NCBI GenBank assembly: GCA_965644295.1
Contig: CBFFRP010000423.1
Location: forward strand, 248,001 to 312,000
Direction of reading: 5' to 3'
Length of the DNA: 64,000 bases
Source of the DNA: Paraphysomonas bandaiensis
Taxonomy: Eukaryota > Protista > Chrysophyceae
Part shown: positions 13,928 to 27,026 of the stretch, in pieces
Numbering within the stretch: position 1 is the stretch's first letter
How the letters are laid out: each line of letters starts with the position of its first letter
The notes under the pieces: generated by a model
Databases searched by the model: none
Seen by the model: only the letters and a program-made list of their open reading frames with translations
What the model was told of the DNA's origin: nothing
Made by a program: the position numbers and the translations under genes

Positions 13928-14454
13928 TATATACCTACTTACCTACCTACCTACCTACATACCTACCTACCTACCTACCTACCTACCTACATACCTACCT
14001 ACCTACCTACCTACCTACCTACCTACCTACCTACATACATACATACATACATACATACATACCTACCTACCTACCTACCTACCTACCTACATACATACAT
14101 ACATACATACAATCATACATTCATACATACATACATACATACATACATACATACATACATACATACATACATACATACATACATACATACATACATACAT
14201 ACATACATACATACATACCTACCTACCTACCTACCTACCTACCTACCTACCTACCTACATACATACATACATACATACATACATACATACATACATACAT
14301 ACATACATACATACATACATACATACATACATACATACATACATACATACATACATACATACATACCTACCTACCTACCTACCTACCTACCTACATACAT
14401 ACATACATACATACATACATACATACATACATACATACATACATACATACATAC
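13928..14454. repeat. Compound (CCTA)n/(CATA)n microsatellite, ~525 bp
   Basis: Directly visible tetranucleotide array; explains the spurious TYIH/TYLP ORFs. Confidence 0.99.
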
Positions 14455-14455
14455 A

Positions 14456-14543
14456 GACTGTTGCTGCTGGTGGTGAGTAATAACAATAGCTATGTGTCCA
14501 AAGAAGGACATATCATGGCATTGTGTCATATCAAACACACTAG
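14456..14543 (+). repeat. Dispersed direct repeat, copy 2, ending in hairpin + CTAG
   Basis: Matches 11598-11685; ATGGCA-TTG-TGTCAT hairpin about 10 nt before CTAG|T. Confidence 0.85.
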
Positions 14544-15083
14544 TTACTAATCACTTGTGTGTTTCTACGTACGTATAACACAATCCTAAATATCGTGATA
14601 TCAAGTGCTCCTCTATACCCTCTACACTTGCAACCTCTGGATTTTATTATAAACAAGCATACGTATAGCTGACAGGCTATCACTGACAGAAGAGTTAGCG
14701 AAACAGGCCCGTACAACCTACTATCAGTTGAAGGTCAATGGATGGGGTGTGCCGTAATCATCCCCAATTACTTTCATCTTCCATATCTGAAATTTCGCTT
14801 CTCTCAATAATCAATATTTGGATTGAGTACTTGTGTTTTGTGTTATAATACTTGAAAAGTGCAAGCTAGTTTAGCCAAATGAGATTCATCATCTTCAGCT
14901 TTGCCTTCATCACTGATATCCTCATACTCCAATACCTGTCTACACAATAATGGTGTAGCTAATTAATCTACAGCATCGAAATGTTATACAATTCGATTAG
15001 GATTAGCTAGTATATTATTATGACAACTAACGCCTGAATCGTACTCATTCAACAAACAAAACTACACTGGCTATAACCTCTTT

Positions 15084-17733
15084 CTACGTAGTCATTAAAA
15101 ACATAAGATTCTCAATGAACGCATTGATATCTGCCCTATCAACTTCAATCACATTTGTGTCAAACCCTAGAACGTAATTAGTTTCATACGCCGTACTTAC
15201 TCTCCAAACATAATCTACTTACCATCATTTCTGCTCTTGGCATTTGTCTCATCTGCTGCTAGTTTGAACAACTGTCTGAAGCGTGTTGGTGTAACATCAG
15301 GAGTCTCTTGGCCGAGGTGCATTATTGGTGAGATACCCACCACAACATACGTGTGTTCTTTTTCAGCAGCAAGAACTAAGGGCTTCGATCGACGTCCCGA
15401 CCATGCACCGTTCTCCCTCTGCAGAAAACACAATAAGCACATTCAGCGACTGTAATAAACCCGAAAACGTAAAGAAAAAATGTAATAAACTACGTGGTAT
15501 TGCATGTCACCTGTACGTCGATTAGAAAATGGGCTAAACGGGATAAAACCGCAGGTCTTCCAAAAATAGACTCCGACGTGGAAGGTGTGGATCTATCGGT
15601 CATTGACTGTGTCGTTTCTATACTTCCTCCAGCAGTTCGGGATATAAATGCGTAGCGAAAGCACTTCAACCGCGTTATCGAATCATGCCGTTCAAGCATC
15701 GCCGAACCTTGTCCGACTATGGCCTTCTGCAGTGACAGAGACAAGGCAATCCCATGCTTGAGAGTGCTCTCCGTATCCGGCCGCATACTTAAACAATCGT
15801 AGGCCTTATTAAAGCATTTGACCCACGATGGAGATTTTACGTCTCCCTCATCTATTGATTCGGCATCTGGCCCCTCCACATCGTTCTCCTGCCCAAGGAG
15901 GGCACGTGATGAGTTGGTATTCGTATATATATCCTCGAACTCATCCCCACCCAGCTCTAACAGAGCAGTTATAGCATGAACTACATCGGAAGCCGCTATT
16001 GGATTCTTAAACGCATTGTAGCGGTAAAATGACTGTAACAGAATCAACCAACATTGCTGATGAAGTAATTTACATTGACGCACCTTGTATACGACACGGG
16101 GATTCTTGAGTCCATACTCTTCCGATATATCGCCGAGGACTTGCTTTCTGAAATGGTTCCGCAGAGAAGGGGTCATGAAGGTATACGACTGTTTCGACTG
16201 CTGAAGTGGGATTCCCATACGAGCCAACATCTCCTGTTTGAATAGTTAATACATATTGCACACCTAAAACGCTTTTACCTGTAGCTTCACCCTTCCGAGT
16301 GTCTTCCACACGGTTAGCTTTGAAGCGACGTAATTGGAGTAGTACATGGACTCAAATAGAGACCAGTGACGATGCATAAAAAAGCGGTATTCAAGCCCCG
16401 ACATGATATGTCCAGCCTCAGCACCCTGTACTACGATCTCATCCTCACCCTCACCAACTGTATATTTACTTCGGTCATTGTCATCGGGAAGCTCTCGATT
16501 GATCGCAGCGCAAAGCTCCTCATATAACGCCTCTGATATTCGCGAACGTGTAAAGTGGTCAGTAGCTCCAAGTATAGCTTGCCACAAGATGTCCGGAGTG
16601 CACGCTTTATTTAGCTGCTGCACCAAATTGATCATCATCACCGCAGTAGATACAGCAAAAGTATTTCCTATCATATACCATGTTGTAAGAACGATGAGTC
16701 TTATATGTGAAAAACAAACCTTGTTGATAGTACCCTCTTAGTCTTCGACGTCTTGCTTTTTGTGGATCATACCGCTCAGATAGAGCTTTTCGTCTCTTGC
16801 CTACTACAACGACATTCTCTTCATCATCGTCATCTTTATTATTCTCATCGGGCTCCAGATCCGCTGGAAGAGTGCCCTCTTTATCAGTTCTGCTCTCCTC
16901 TTCTTCACTGAGATCCCCGTCGTTTTCCCCCTCCTCCTCCTCCTCTTCACCATCGCCCTCTGTATCTGCTTCGTCACCAGAATTCACTCTTTCTTCGTCA
17001 CCATCATCGAATTCGGCCTCGTCGTCACCCTCGTCAACCTGCTCTTCCTCGTCACTCAACTCTCCACCCTTCATTACAGATTACTTAAGGCACACACAAC
17101 TATGCTCGTAATACCTCCTCAGGAAACTCCTCTTCTTCCTCCTCCTCGTCCTCATCATCGTCATCAGAGCTACTCTCCGCACCAGATGACAAGTCCGATC
17201 CATCGCTGGGCAGCTGTTCACGAGATACACTGCCGTCGTCAAGCACAACCACATTGTGCTTCGAGTACACATTTGCGAGGTGAAGAGGTCGGTGATTATC
17301 AAGAATGAAACACCTAACATCACCCCCCGCCTCTAGACCAAATAATTTCGGGATATTATATATCTACAAGAGCAAGTGCAATGAGACAATGTACACATAC
17401 TACATATTTACATACCGATCCACAATTTATCATAAAGACAGTTTTAATATCCATTGCAGTAAATTCTTCAACAGTTTGAAGAACATGTGTAAAGTTTGCA
17501 ACTGGACGTATTTTATAGGCAATATTATCGGATCTTAATAGTTGTGTCAGTATTCTAGTAGCAGACATGGCATCAACCTTAAAATAAGTTTAATATACAC
17601 TGAATATTAAATAAAAATAATCATTTACCTCATTTGCTACAAGAATCATTACAGAACATGCTTGTCTTCCACATGCTGCTTGTTTTACATCATCATATAT
17701 AGTATATATCATATCATAGTCAACTACCACCAT
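15084..17733 (-). CDS. CDC45: DNA replication initiation factor CDC45 (multi-exon)
   Basis: MILVANE|VDAMSATRIL, MINCG, DNHRPLHLANV, acidic insert, RFFMHRHWSLFESMYYSNY, MLARMGIPL, C-terminal GFDTNVIEV...FIENL. Exons joined manually. Confidence 0.95.
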
Positions 17734-18458
17734 TGTATCTATATAATCAAACTAATTAATACACTGATATGATTATAAACTTCTATAAAATGAATTAATC
17801 AACTTGTTATCTTTATTACTAACACTTATAATTGAATATATCATACATTAAAGTTTTATTAGAGAGAGTTGATCAAATGGAGTATGTATGATTGATCTTA
17901 CAGTTAATTCTATAACAAAATCTCCGATACTATACATACGTATATAGATAGATATATACAGTAGAGTATATATAATTCTATCAATTATTTGAATTTTCAA
18001 AATTTAAAAAGCTAGAAATTCGAATATTGTGTTGATTGGAGATATAAAAAGCTTTATTTTGTGTCTACTTTCATATAAATTCTATATTTTATAGTGTTCA
18101 TATATTATGTATAACATTTCAAATACTCGATATTTTAAGGCTATATATACCTAAAAAAAATCGAAGAAAGAGGAAATCCCGATTTTATAGCATGAAAATT
18201 CCTTATTTCCAAGAATATTAGATTAATTTAAGACCATAGACTTGAGTTGTTTAATGCCTATATATATACATACAGAGTGTTACTCAGACACAACCATAAG
18301 TCAGTTTACAATAGATGGATATAACAGAATGGAATCTATCAATTAATTCATATATACACCCATCCACTAGTATCTTCTATTAGATTCCCCATCTTATCCA
18401 CACCTTACACAGTCTATAACCCTCATCTACTTAACAAACCATCATCTCATAAACTACC

Positions 18459-21400
18459 ATGACAAATACAACTGATATCAAACCATCTAAATATGATCAA
18501 TATATTAAAGGTATAGCATTTGGTATTATTAATGGTGTTATGGTAACACCTGTAATGATCTCATTCTGTACAATTATATTTCGTGATGTTGCATATGATA
18601 GTTATCTTCCATCATTAGTTAAACTTGTATTGTTTTCATCATTAGTACATCAATTTTGTTTTACTATCTTTAGTGGACTTCCATTTGCTATTGGACAGGT
18701 ACAAGATGCTGGACTTATATTTTTGAGTACAATGGCATCAAGTGTAGCTGCTTCTTGTACTACCGATACCCTCCTTCCTACTGCATTGTTTGTTCTTAGT
18801 ATCGGCACTATGATGCTCGGTGTAATGTTAATTGTAATCGGGAAACTACGACTAGCATCTGTTGTACAGTACCTTCCAATGCCTGTTGTCGGTGGATATT
18901 TAGCTTACATCGGATTCTTTTGTGGACAAGCAGGACTGGCAATGATGGCCGATGTTCAGGTGTCATCTATTGCAGATTGGGGGGTGTTTTTTGACTCTCA
19001 TGCATTTATTCTTATGTGTCCTGGAATACTAATTGGAGTTGCCATGTATCTTCTAGTGACGACAATGAAGTCTCCGTACACTCTACCGGTTTGCATTGTT
19101 GTGACTTTAGTTCTCTTCTACGTATTTCTCTGGTTATGTGGCGCTACTATAGATGATGCCAGAGATTACGGTTGGATATCCCCGTTATCTGAACCAGTGC
19201 CATTCTACCATGCGTGGTCCTACTACGATATCTACAAAGTTAATTGGAGCGTTTTTCCGAAACAGATTATCACATGGACGGGTATGTTTTTCGTCGTAGC
19301 ATTCTCGTCCTCTCTAGATATAGCAGCCATTGAAATGGAACTTGGACTACCTATGGATTATGATAGGTGCGTGTTTGTATGTAGCTTGGCTAATTTTGAT
19401 GTGCACCCACTGCAGAGAGCTAGAAACTGTAGGTATATCCAACCTAACAAGTGGTCTATTGGGGGGATACACTGGAAGCTATATATTTAGCCAGACTATA
19501 TTCACAATGAGACGCGGAGTCAACAGTCGCGTGTGTGGTCTCACAGTTGTTCTCTGTGAACTAGCTGTTCTGATTATCCCATTTGCAATAACTTCTTTCG
19601 TACCAAAACTTTTCTTCGGGTCTTTGCTAGTGTTTATTTCCCTGGATCTTATGTGGGAATGGCTGGTAAATATATGTACTTGACTTGCTTTTAGGATTTT
19701 GTAATATGCATTCTAGGTGGAAGCCAGACATAAGATGATGATGGCTGAATATGCGGTCTGCCTATTTACCTTTGGTGTCATTCAGTACACTGGGATCGAA
19801 ATAGGTATAGCACTCCCAGATTCTGGTAGGGTGGCATTCAGTAATGGAAATATGTGTAGGCATGCTATTGGGCATCGTCGCGGCTATGGTTTCGTTCGTG
19901 GTATCTTACGCTAATTCGCGCAGCGTGACAGTAAGTGCAAGTAAAACTTCAAGAACTGTGCGTACATTCGAAGAGCAGGCAGTGCTTGCAGCTAACCGTG
20001 GCAAGGTGGTCACGATATCTCTCAGCGGATTTATTTTTTTCGGGAGTGCAGTACAACTTCTCGAAGAGGTGAAAAAGCACGTTGTCATAGTATCTGATGA
20101 TAAGGACAGTGAAAGTGAGAGGAATGATAGTGACATGAAGAGGGGTACTGAGACAGCACGTGGTCATGGCCTCAATGAAAGCAGTCCTCTCATTTCCCCA
20201 CATGTGCCTCCGTCGAACTACATGCATACCCCACCGAGGTCTCCGCTACCTGGTTCTAAGGTGGCCTCTTCCCCTTCGCGATCAGAGTGCAGCGCCACCT
20301 CTTTCTCTGTTGCGAACTCATTGTATGGACTCACATCGGAACAGATAATGAAGCGGCACGAAAAGTGGAAACAATTTGGTACTAAGTCTCTTAGCGTTGT
20401 GGATAGTGGTATGCGCAGAGCTGGTGTCAATGGTGCCGCCGGGGGTGATGATATTAATGGGGACTACTATTTCAGCGACCTTGAAGAAGTACATACCGAA
20501 GACCATTCAGTTCCAGAGATGCTCAAATCACCATTTCCTTCTGATGATGACATGGCGGTGCCGAAACAGCCGCAGCAGTCCTTTTTATGCTCTATATGGG
20601 ATAGCCAGGGACCTACTCGAAGCCAAAGGGAAAGAGCTGTTAAAGCGAAAAAGATGGAACAATCCGTGAGTCACGTAAAGTTACAAGGACTATTGTCCCC
20701 TACGGGAGACGCATCACCTCAAGTGCCCCCTTCAGACTTGGAATCTTCACATCATTTGGGTGGGGATGTACAGGAAACATCCATACGCACTGAATACCTC
20801 ATACTAAATCTCACGGACGTCTCGGGGCTGGATGCGACAGCTGCTCGTAGCTGCTTCCTTATGCTTGCACAGTTGCTTCGGGGGGCGGGCGCCACCGTGG
20901 TATTCGCTTGCCCTAATGAAGAGATCGAGCGCCTCTTGCGGTCACATGGTGTGATTCTTGAGAACGATAAGGTCACCTCTCAAATTGACGATGCTCTGGA
21001 GTGGTGTGAGGAGCAGATTTTATATAAGTATGTGACAGTGAAATATGATTATTTGTTGACATTTTTTCCTTCGCAGAGCCCACGTCAATAGCCGGAGTAG
21101 TTATGCAAGAGAGGTAACTAATTTTGCATTTAGTCCCCGTCGGGAGTATCCTCGACCTCCGAACGCCCTCATTAATTCGAGAGCAGCAACATTTATAGGA
21201 ACTGGTGTACAAGCAGACCAAGAGTACCCAGTTAGACTGTTGAATACGGATTCGTACTACAGAGCAGCTTACAACGAGAGGCATAACTTATCCCCTGTTA
21301 AGAGACAAGGAAGGAGAGGGAGACTTCGGTCGGGTAGTGAAGGGTGTGCTGTTGGTGAGTGGGTGGCGTAATTTGGTTTTATATATATTATGCATGAAAA

Positions 21401-22349
21401 ATGCGGATATTAGTATGTGTAGCGCTATGTAGAGACGTCGTCCAATGACTTCTATGTTTAGACAACAGGCAGCAGAGTCCCCTTGACTCTGACGCGTCTC
21501 CAGGTCGCCACGATCCCCAGCCAAGTGTACAAGAGTTAGCTTCCTATAGAGTTCTGCGCAGAATATTTTTAGACTATTTGGAGGTGGACCCAGGTAGTTG
21601 TTTTGTTAGTCGCACATGATAGAGATGTTAATTCGGGATACCCAGGGTCTGACTGTCCCGATGCTGTGAAACGCCTCTTACGGTCTGAGCTGTTGGCAAA
21701 GTTTTTTTCGCGAAAGATGTACTCTAGGGGAGACATTATTCATGATATGGATGCCCCCGCAGATGAGGTATGTGTATGTGCATTATATGCATACTTGGGT
21801 ATATGATGTATTCTAATATTGAAGTAGAGTTACAGCATTGTGTGTACTAATTTTTGTAGTCTTGGACGTCTACGTCGTAGTTTACGTAACTGTGTCACAG
21901 GTATTCTTTGTGGAGAGTGGAGTGGTGGAATTATTACTCGTGCCTGAAGGTCGGGGTTCCAATAGCTCAGAGGAATTCGTACGTGTAAGCAAGGTGTCTG
22001 TCGGTGGAGTATTTGGGGATATGTCTTTCTTTCTGACGACCCTTTACAGGTGCCTTTATATGTTCTTATAGCACTCTTATTTATCGATTGCCTGCTAACG
22101 TAGATTGATTGAAAATTTCACTCTGTATTATTTGCGTGTAAATATTATATTTGTAGTTGTCGGGCCCAGGCCGTAACGGACTGCTCTATATGGACCCTTA
22201 ACAAGAAATACTATGCTGCAATGGAGTGTCAGTATCCTCGTCTCTGTATTTTGGTTCAGCATGTACTCCTCAAAAGCATGGCTATGGCGCAAGCAAACGC
22301 AACCCATTCTATGCATCCGTTCTCGACGTACCAACTACTTTTCAAGTGA
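18459..22349 (+). CDS. SulP/SLC26-family transporter with STAS and cyclic-nucleotide-binding domains (multi-exon)
   Basis: TM region with FAIGQVQDAGLIFL, YLPMPVVGGYLAYIG, FSSSLDIAAIE, GYTGSYIFSQT; STAS halves SGFIFFGSA and LNLTDVSGLDATAA; cNMP motifs VFFVESGVVE and GGVFGDMSFF. Last exon ends at TGA 22349. Confidence 0.9.
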
Positions 22350-23065
22350 TAAAATGACACTTGAATTTTGTACATTCACTAGTTGACCTCAATGTTAGTT
22401 GTCATGCACTTTAGACCACCCCAGTACTAGGTTATATCCGCACTTAGAAGATAATGTATCAGAGAATATTGGTTAGTCAAATTTTGATATATATTAATAT
22501 TACTATTAATTAGGGTTAGTTTAAAATATCACGCATGCTTCATGATGACGTGGACCATTAGTGCTAGAAGTTGAAAGTAGTTTCGGCTGTCATGGGACAT
22601 AGTGATGCTATGTATATAGTAGTATAGGTTATAGGTATGCTGCGAAGTATGATGCAGCTATATATATAACTAATAAAGTTATACCATACTACATCCCATT
22701 CTGATGTCTGAGGGCTGTCTAGAGCACTCCTGGCAGCTAGAAAATCATAGCGGTGGACATGATAGGACAATATACACAACAATATGGGCAATGTAGTAGT
22801 ACTCAGTTTATCTTTCCTTCAAAAGGGCTTAATTCTAGTCATAATTACGCAAACTAGAAGGTGAATTTAGAGCAATGAACAACTCGGAGAGTGAGATCTA
22901 AACTATTATTCTTACGACATTAAATATCCAACCAGAATACAAGTCGACAATATCTTCATATCGATTCCTAAACAACAATACTAACAACATGGATATCATG
23001 CTCCCATAAAAATACACGGCAAGATTGGATCGCGTCACCCAATATTCATACTCCTGGTTAATGAA

Positions 23066-23474
23066 TCATCCACCGGCAATGAGTTCAACCAAAACGATCA
23101 GGCTATTGACGACTATAAGAGGAACTACACACAAATCATCTACAAATTATATATAATAATATTATTTACCTTTCAAATAACTAGCCGCTTGTAATAGACC
23201 AGCAACTTGATTCTTAAGTGACTGTCCTCCCGTCATATCAGGCTGATCCAATCCATCTGCATATATACACATACATACATATACACATGTCAGTTACTCA
23301 TATCATATAAGAAACATATCATACATTGAGCCAATAGACGTCTTGGATGTAATATCGTTATGGCATTTAGGAGTAATAATCCAGCCTAACATATCCAGGT
23401 ATATACATGACTGTTATGAGAGATAGAAGACATATGGGACATACCTTAAGAATGTTGTAAATAGAGAAACCCAT
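23066..23474 (-). CDS. IER3IP1: YOS1/IER3IP1 small ER-Golgi membrane protein; 4 exons, not in ORF track
   Basis: Spliced translation MGFSIYNILK|AGLLLLNAITILHPRRLLAQ|YGLDQPDMTGGQSLKNQVAGLLQAASYLK|VPLIVVNSLIVLVELIAGG* matches the Yos1 pattern; all introns GT-AG. Confidence 0.93.
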
Positions 23475-23582
23475 ATATAAATATGATCTAAGAGGAGAGG
23501 GAAATAATCTCCTTTATAGTTTTATGAGTTGTGATAATGAGATTCTATGAATATATATACCTGAAGTGGCTGTTAATATGAG

Positions 23583-23941
23583 TGTATGTATGTATGTATG
23601 TATGTATGTATGTATGTATGTATGTATGTATGTATGTATGTATGTATGTATGTATGTATGTATGTATGTACGTATGTATGTATGTATGTACGTATGTATG
23701 TATGTATGTATGTATGTATGTATGTATGTATGTATGTATGTATGTATGTATGTATGTATGTATGTATGTATGTATGTATGTATGTATGTATGTATGTATG
23801 TATGTATGTATGTATGTATGTATGTATGTATGTATGTATGTATGTATGTAGGTAGGTAGGTATGTATGTACGTATGTATGTATGTATGTAGGTAGGTAGG
23901 TAGGTATGTATGTACGTAGGTATGTATGTATGTACGTAGGT
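23583..23941. repeat. (GTAT)n microsatellite with GTAG/GTAC variants
   Basis: Directly visible; lies between divergent genes. Confidence 0.99.
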
Positions 23942-24264
23942 ACTATCGTAGGTACGAAGCTATAGGTAGGAAAAGTGTAGGTTGGTGTGTAGGATGTGTA
24001 TACTGCTGTATATCACCGTATATACCATAGATCATAAATATCCCCCAAAAAAATCTGATGACGTTCACAACATCCTCAACGTATCTTCAAGGGTCGCTTC
24101 AAGTAGTGTGGTTCTGAGATGATGTGGAAAAAATATCCCTCCTTCCCCCCCCCTCGCTATGACACTGCTGTGTGTTGTGTGTAGAGTATATATGCGGTAC
24201 CATCCCTTCACAATCATATCCAAACCTATCGATCCTTATCGTTAATCGGAATCCGCAATATACC

Positions 24265-24669
24265 ATGTCTAGCGGTGCCGAGGACTCAAAGCCTACCACT
24301 GAGTTGAGTGGAGACTTCACTGACAAGACTTTGACCTGCAAGGTGTTTAGATTCCGTTATATCACTACCATATGTGTTATACATACATAGGATTGCGGAA
24401 ATGAATGGGTCTTCAGCGCAGGTGAACAAGAGTTTTACCGTGAAAAGGCTTTTGAGAATGATCCCACTCGTTGTAAGGAGTGCCGCAAGGCCAAGAAGAT
24501 TGCTCGTAACCGCAGAATGAGATCCAGACGCCAGAAGAAGAACGGGCCTGGTGGAAACGTCTGCTACGCTTTTCAGAAAGGTGAATGCACACGTGGTGAT
24601 AGCTGCAGATTTGCTCACGAGCTGGTGAGTGAGTCCAAGGAGGGAAATGAGAATGAAACCGTGGAGTAA
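24265..24669 (+). CDS. Small protein with zf-trcl-like zinc ribbon + CCCH zinc finger; 2 exons
   Basis: DKTLTCK|DCGNEWVFSAGEQEFYREKAFENDPTRCKECRKAKK followed by VCYAFQKGECTRGDSCRFAH; intron 24343-24390. Confidence 0.9.
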
Positions 24670-25233
24670 GTTTCCTTCGACCCCGCTTCAAATCTAAGAA
24701 GAGCGCAAGTAGTCGTCATTGTTTCATTTAACATGACGATTACTGCATGCTGAAATCAGTTGAAAGTTGTTTTCGTGTTGTGCGAAATGTTAGCATATTG
24801 TAATAATTTTATTATTCCTTACTTTCGTTGTTATCGCTTTTTGCTGTGAGTCAGATGTTCTCTAGTTCAGTCGGCATATATAGAAACGGTGAAGAAATTA
24901 GCAGAATGTGTTGTTCTTGAGGATGTCGAGGAGCCAAATAGTCCTGTTTCTGGTAACAAGAGGGTGCCCACATAATATATAGTAAATAGTAAATAGTAAA
25001 GTAATACATGATTTTCTTGCCAAAATTTTGTTCACAGTTCACAACCAGTGATAGAAATCGCGTACTATGTAATATAACTAAGTGTGAATAGAAGTAAGTG
25101 TTACAGTTGTTACTAAGTGTGTATGTTATACTTGTTGCAGTACTAGTCACCTAAAATAAATGTAACAAATCGTCAATTACGTGGATACCATTTAATTATT
25201 ACAAAATACTGATGATATGATAACGAGATGATG

Positions 25234-25419
25234 CGAATTACAAACATAAGTATCGCATAGCTATACGACAAATCCCGCGTAATATTAGCAACACGTGTGG
25301 GGCGGCAACAGAATCTGCACGTGATCCATGGTACAGTTACGTTGGTACACGGGTAAGGGTGGTAGAATCAGCGCAAAGTATCGGTGTTATATGTGGTGTA
25401 CCAGCGAGCCTATACTATG
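25234..25419 (+). repeat. Dispersed repeat, copy A (inverted copy at 37003-37156)
   Basis: Shared blocks GCATAGCTATA.GACAAATCCCGC.TAAT, GTTACGTTGGT.CACGGG, GGGTGGTAGAATCAGC, GTGTTATAT.TGGT, AGCCTA.ACTATG. Confidence 0.85.
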
Positions 25420-25804
25420 GCCACATTGTCCAATGCTGTCTCCAGTAAGTAATAAATATAAATAAATAGTACCGCGAACCGCTACTCAGTACTAGTGAGC
25501 ACGAGGAATACTTGTTCTTATCGATGTGTCCTATATATACACTGTGTGACCGTGTAGTTAGCAATTGTTGCCAAGTGAATCGCTACAATTAGATTTTACA
25601 TATTCATTATACTAGTAAAACATTCACTACTACTTGATTTTATAGTCTTATGCTTGCAGCTAACCATATTCAGCAACAGTAGAGTTATCGGAGGTTGTTG
25701 GATTAGAGTATTAGTGTAATGCTGATATAAGCTACCCGAACACAAGTAATGTCAAGTCAGCACACGCCAAAAGTAAACAAAGATAACTACAACTGGTTCC
25801 TCGT

Positions 25805-26609
25805 TTACTTTCCGCTGCCCTTCTTACGCTTGAGCATCTTGGCGTAGAACTCAAGCTCCTTGCCCTCAAGGATGTATCCGTCGCAACGTCCGGACTGACC
25901 AGGACGGGAAGAGATGCAGGCCAAGAGGCGGCCAGAGCTGAAAGCATCATCAAGAGCGGGGTCAAGGGTGCGGGTCTTCTGTCTCTCGGCGAGCTTTCTC
26001 TCAAGACTACGAGATCTCTTAACAGCAGCCTATATAAACGGCACCGATATAAACATCTTGTATTTATAATTGTATAGAACGTGTACCTCATCCTCGGCAG
26101 CTCCGGCCTTCTTAGCCTTCTTGACACCGACCTTAACACCGTAGTGCTGCTCGTACCAAGCACGGAAGGGGGTGGCATCGATCTGGACAATAGAGTTCTT
26201 GACTAAGGTCTTGGTACGCACCAACTCGTTATTGGAAGCGTTATATACGACATCCAGCACACGAGTCTTTCTGGTGCAGACTATAGAAATCGAATACATA
26301 AATAACAATATGGTACATATGCATTAGCAGTAAATACCTTCACTTCCCCAAGAAAAGTTACCAGAATCGAGTCTCATGGCACGGAACTTGAGGTTACCAC
26401 CTCTGCAACGAACAGGGTGGATTCTCTGAGGGCCAAGCTTAGTGTTGGCAGGGGGTCTGCCAAGTTCATACTGCCTCTTCTTCTTAAGATTGGCTTTTCT
26501 GCCACCAGTGGCTCGGCGTTTGTGTCTGCTGTCACGAGAAATTCCTATACATCACATGAAACATAGAAAATTAATTACAAGACATTATCTAAACATGTCT
26601 CATACCCAT
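25805..26609 (-). CDS. RPS8: 40S ribosomal protein S8 (eS8); 4 exons
   Basis: [16 protein letters not shown]...[18 protein letters not shown]...[22 protein letters not shown]. Confidence 0.98.
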
Positions 26610-27026
26610 ATTCAAGCTACCTCCTTTCCAACAATTAAATAACTTACTTGATTATATGTCTATATAGAGGGTGGCTTATAACTGAGGGCTAGACCACTAA
26701 TATAAGGAAGCGATTGGAGTGGAATCTCGAAGAGACATGTTTTCAGTTTTGAGTTTTTTTTTTCTGAACTGTGTTTTTTTTATTTGACTGTATGTAGAGC
26801 GATATGTAGATTTTATAGTGTATGGAGTTTGAGGCGCTGATGAATAAAAAAGCAGGGTTTATATGCACATAATATTGACTTATTGGCAAAAAAGACCATT
26901 TTTAGCACATTGGTATGAAGAGAGCTGAGAAATATATAAACTTAAGGGGAGGATATCTATGGCATTACTTGTTGCATAATTCCACTTGCAACAGACAATC
27001 ATTCCAATAACAACCCTATCTTTGCA

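Noticed and set aside
13853-14550. ORFs of TYIH/TYLP or MYVC repeats (also 23566-23859 and 41400-41883)
   Set aside because: They are translations of tetranucleotide microsatellites, not genes.
24052-24120. Possible C/D snoRNA (TGATGA...CTGA with a 3-bp stem); a similar one at ~30369-30417
   Set aside because: No recognisable rRNA-complementary guide; such boxes arise by chance.
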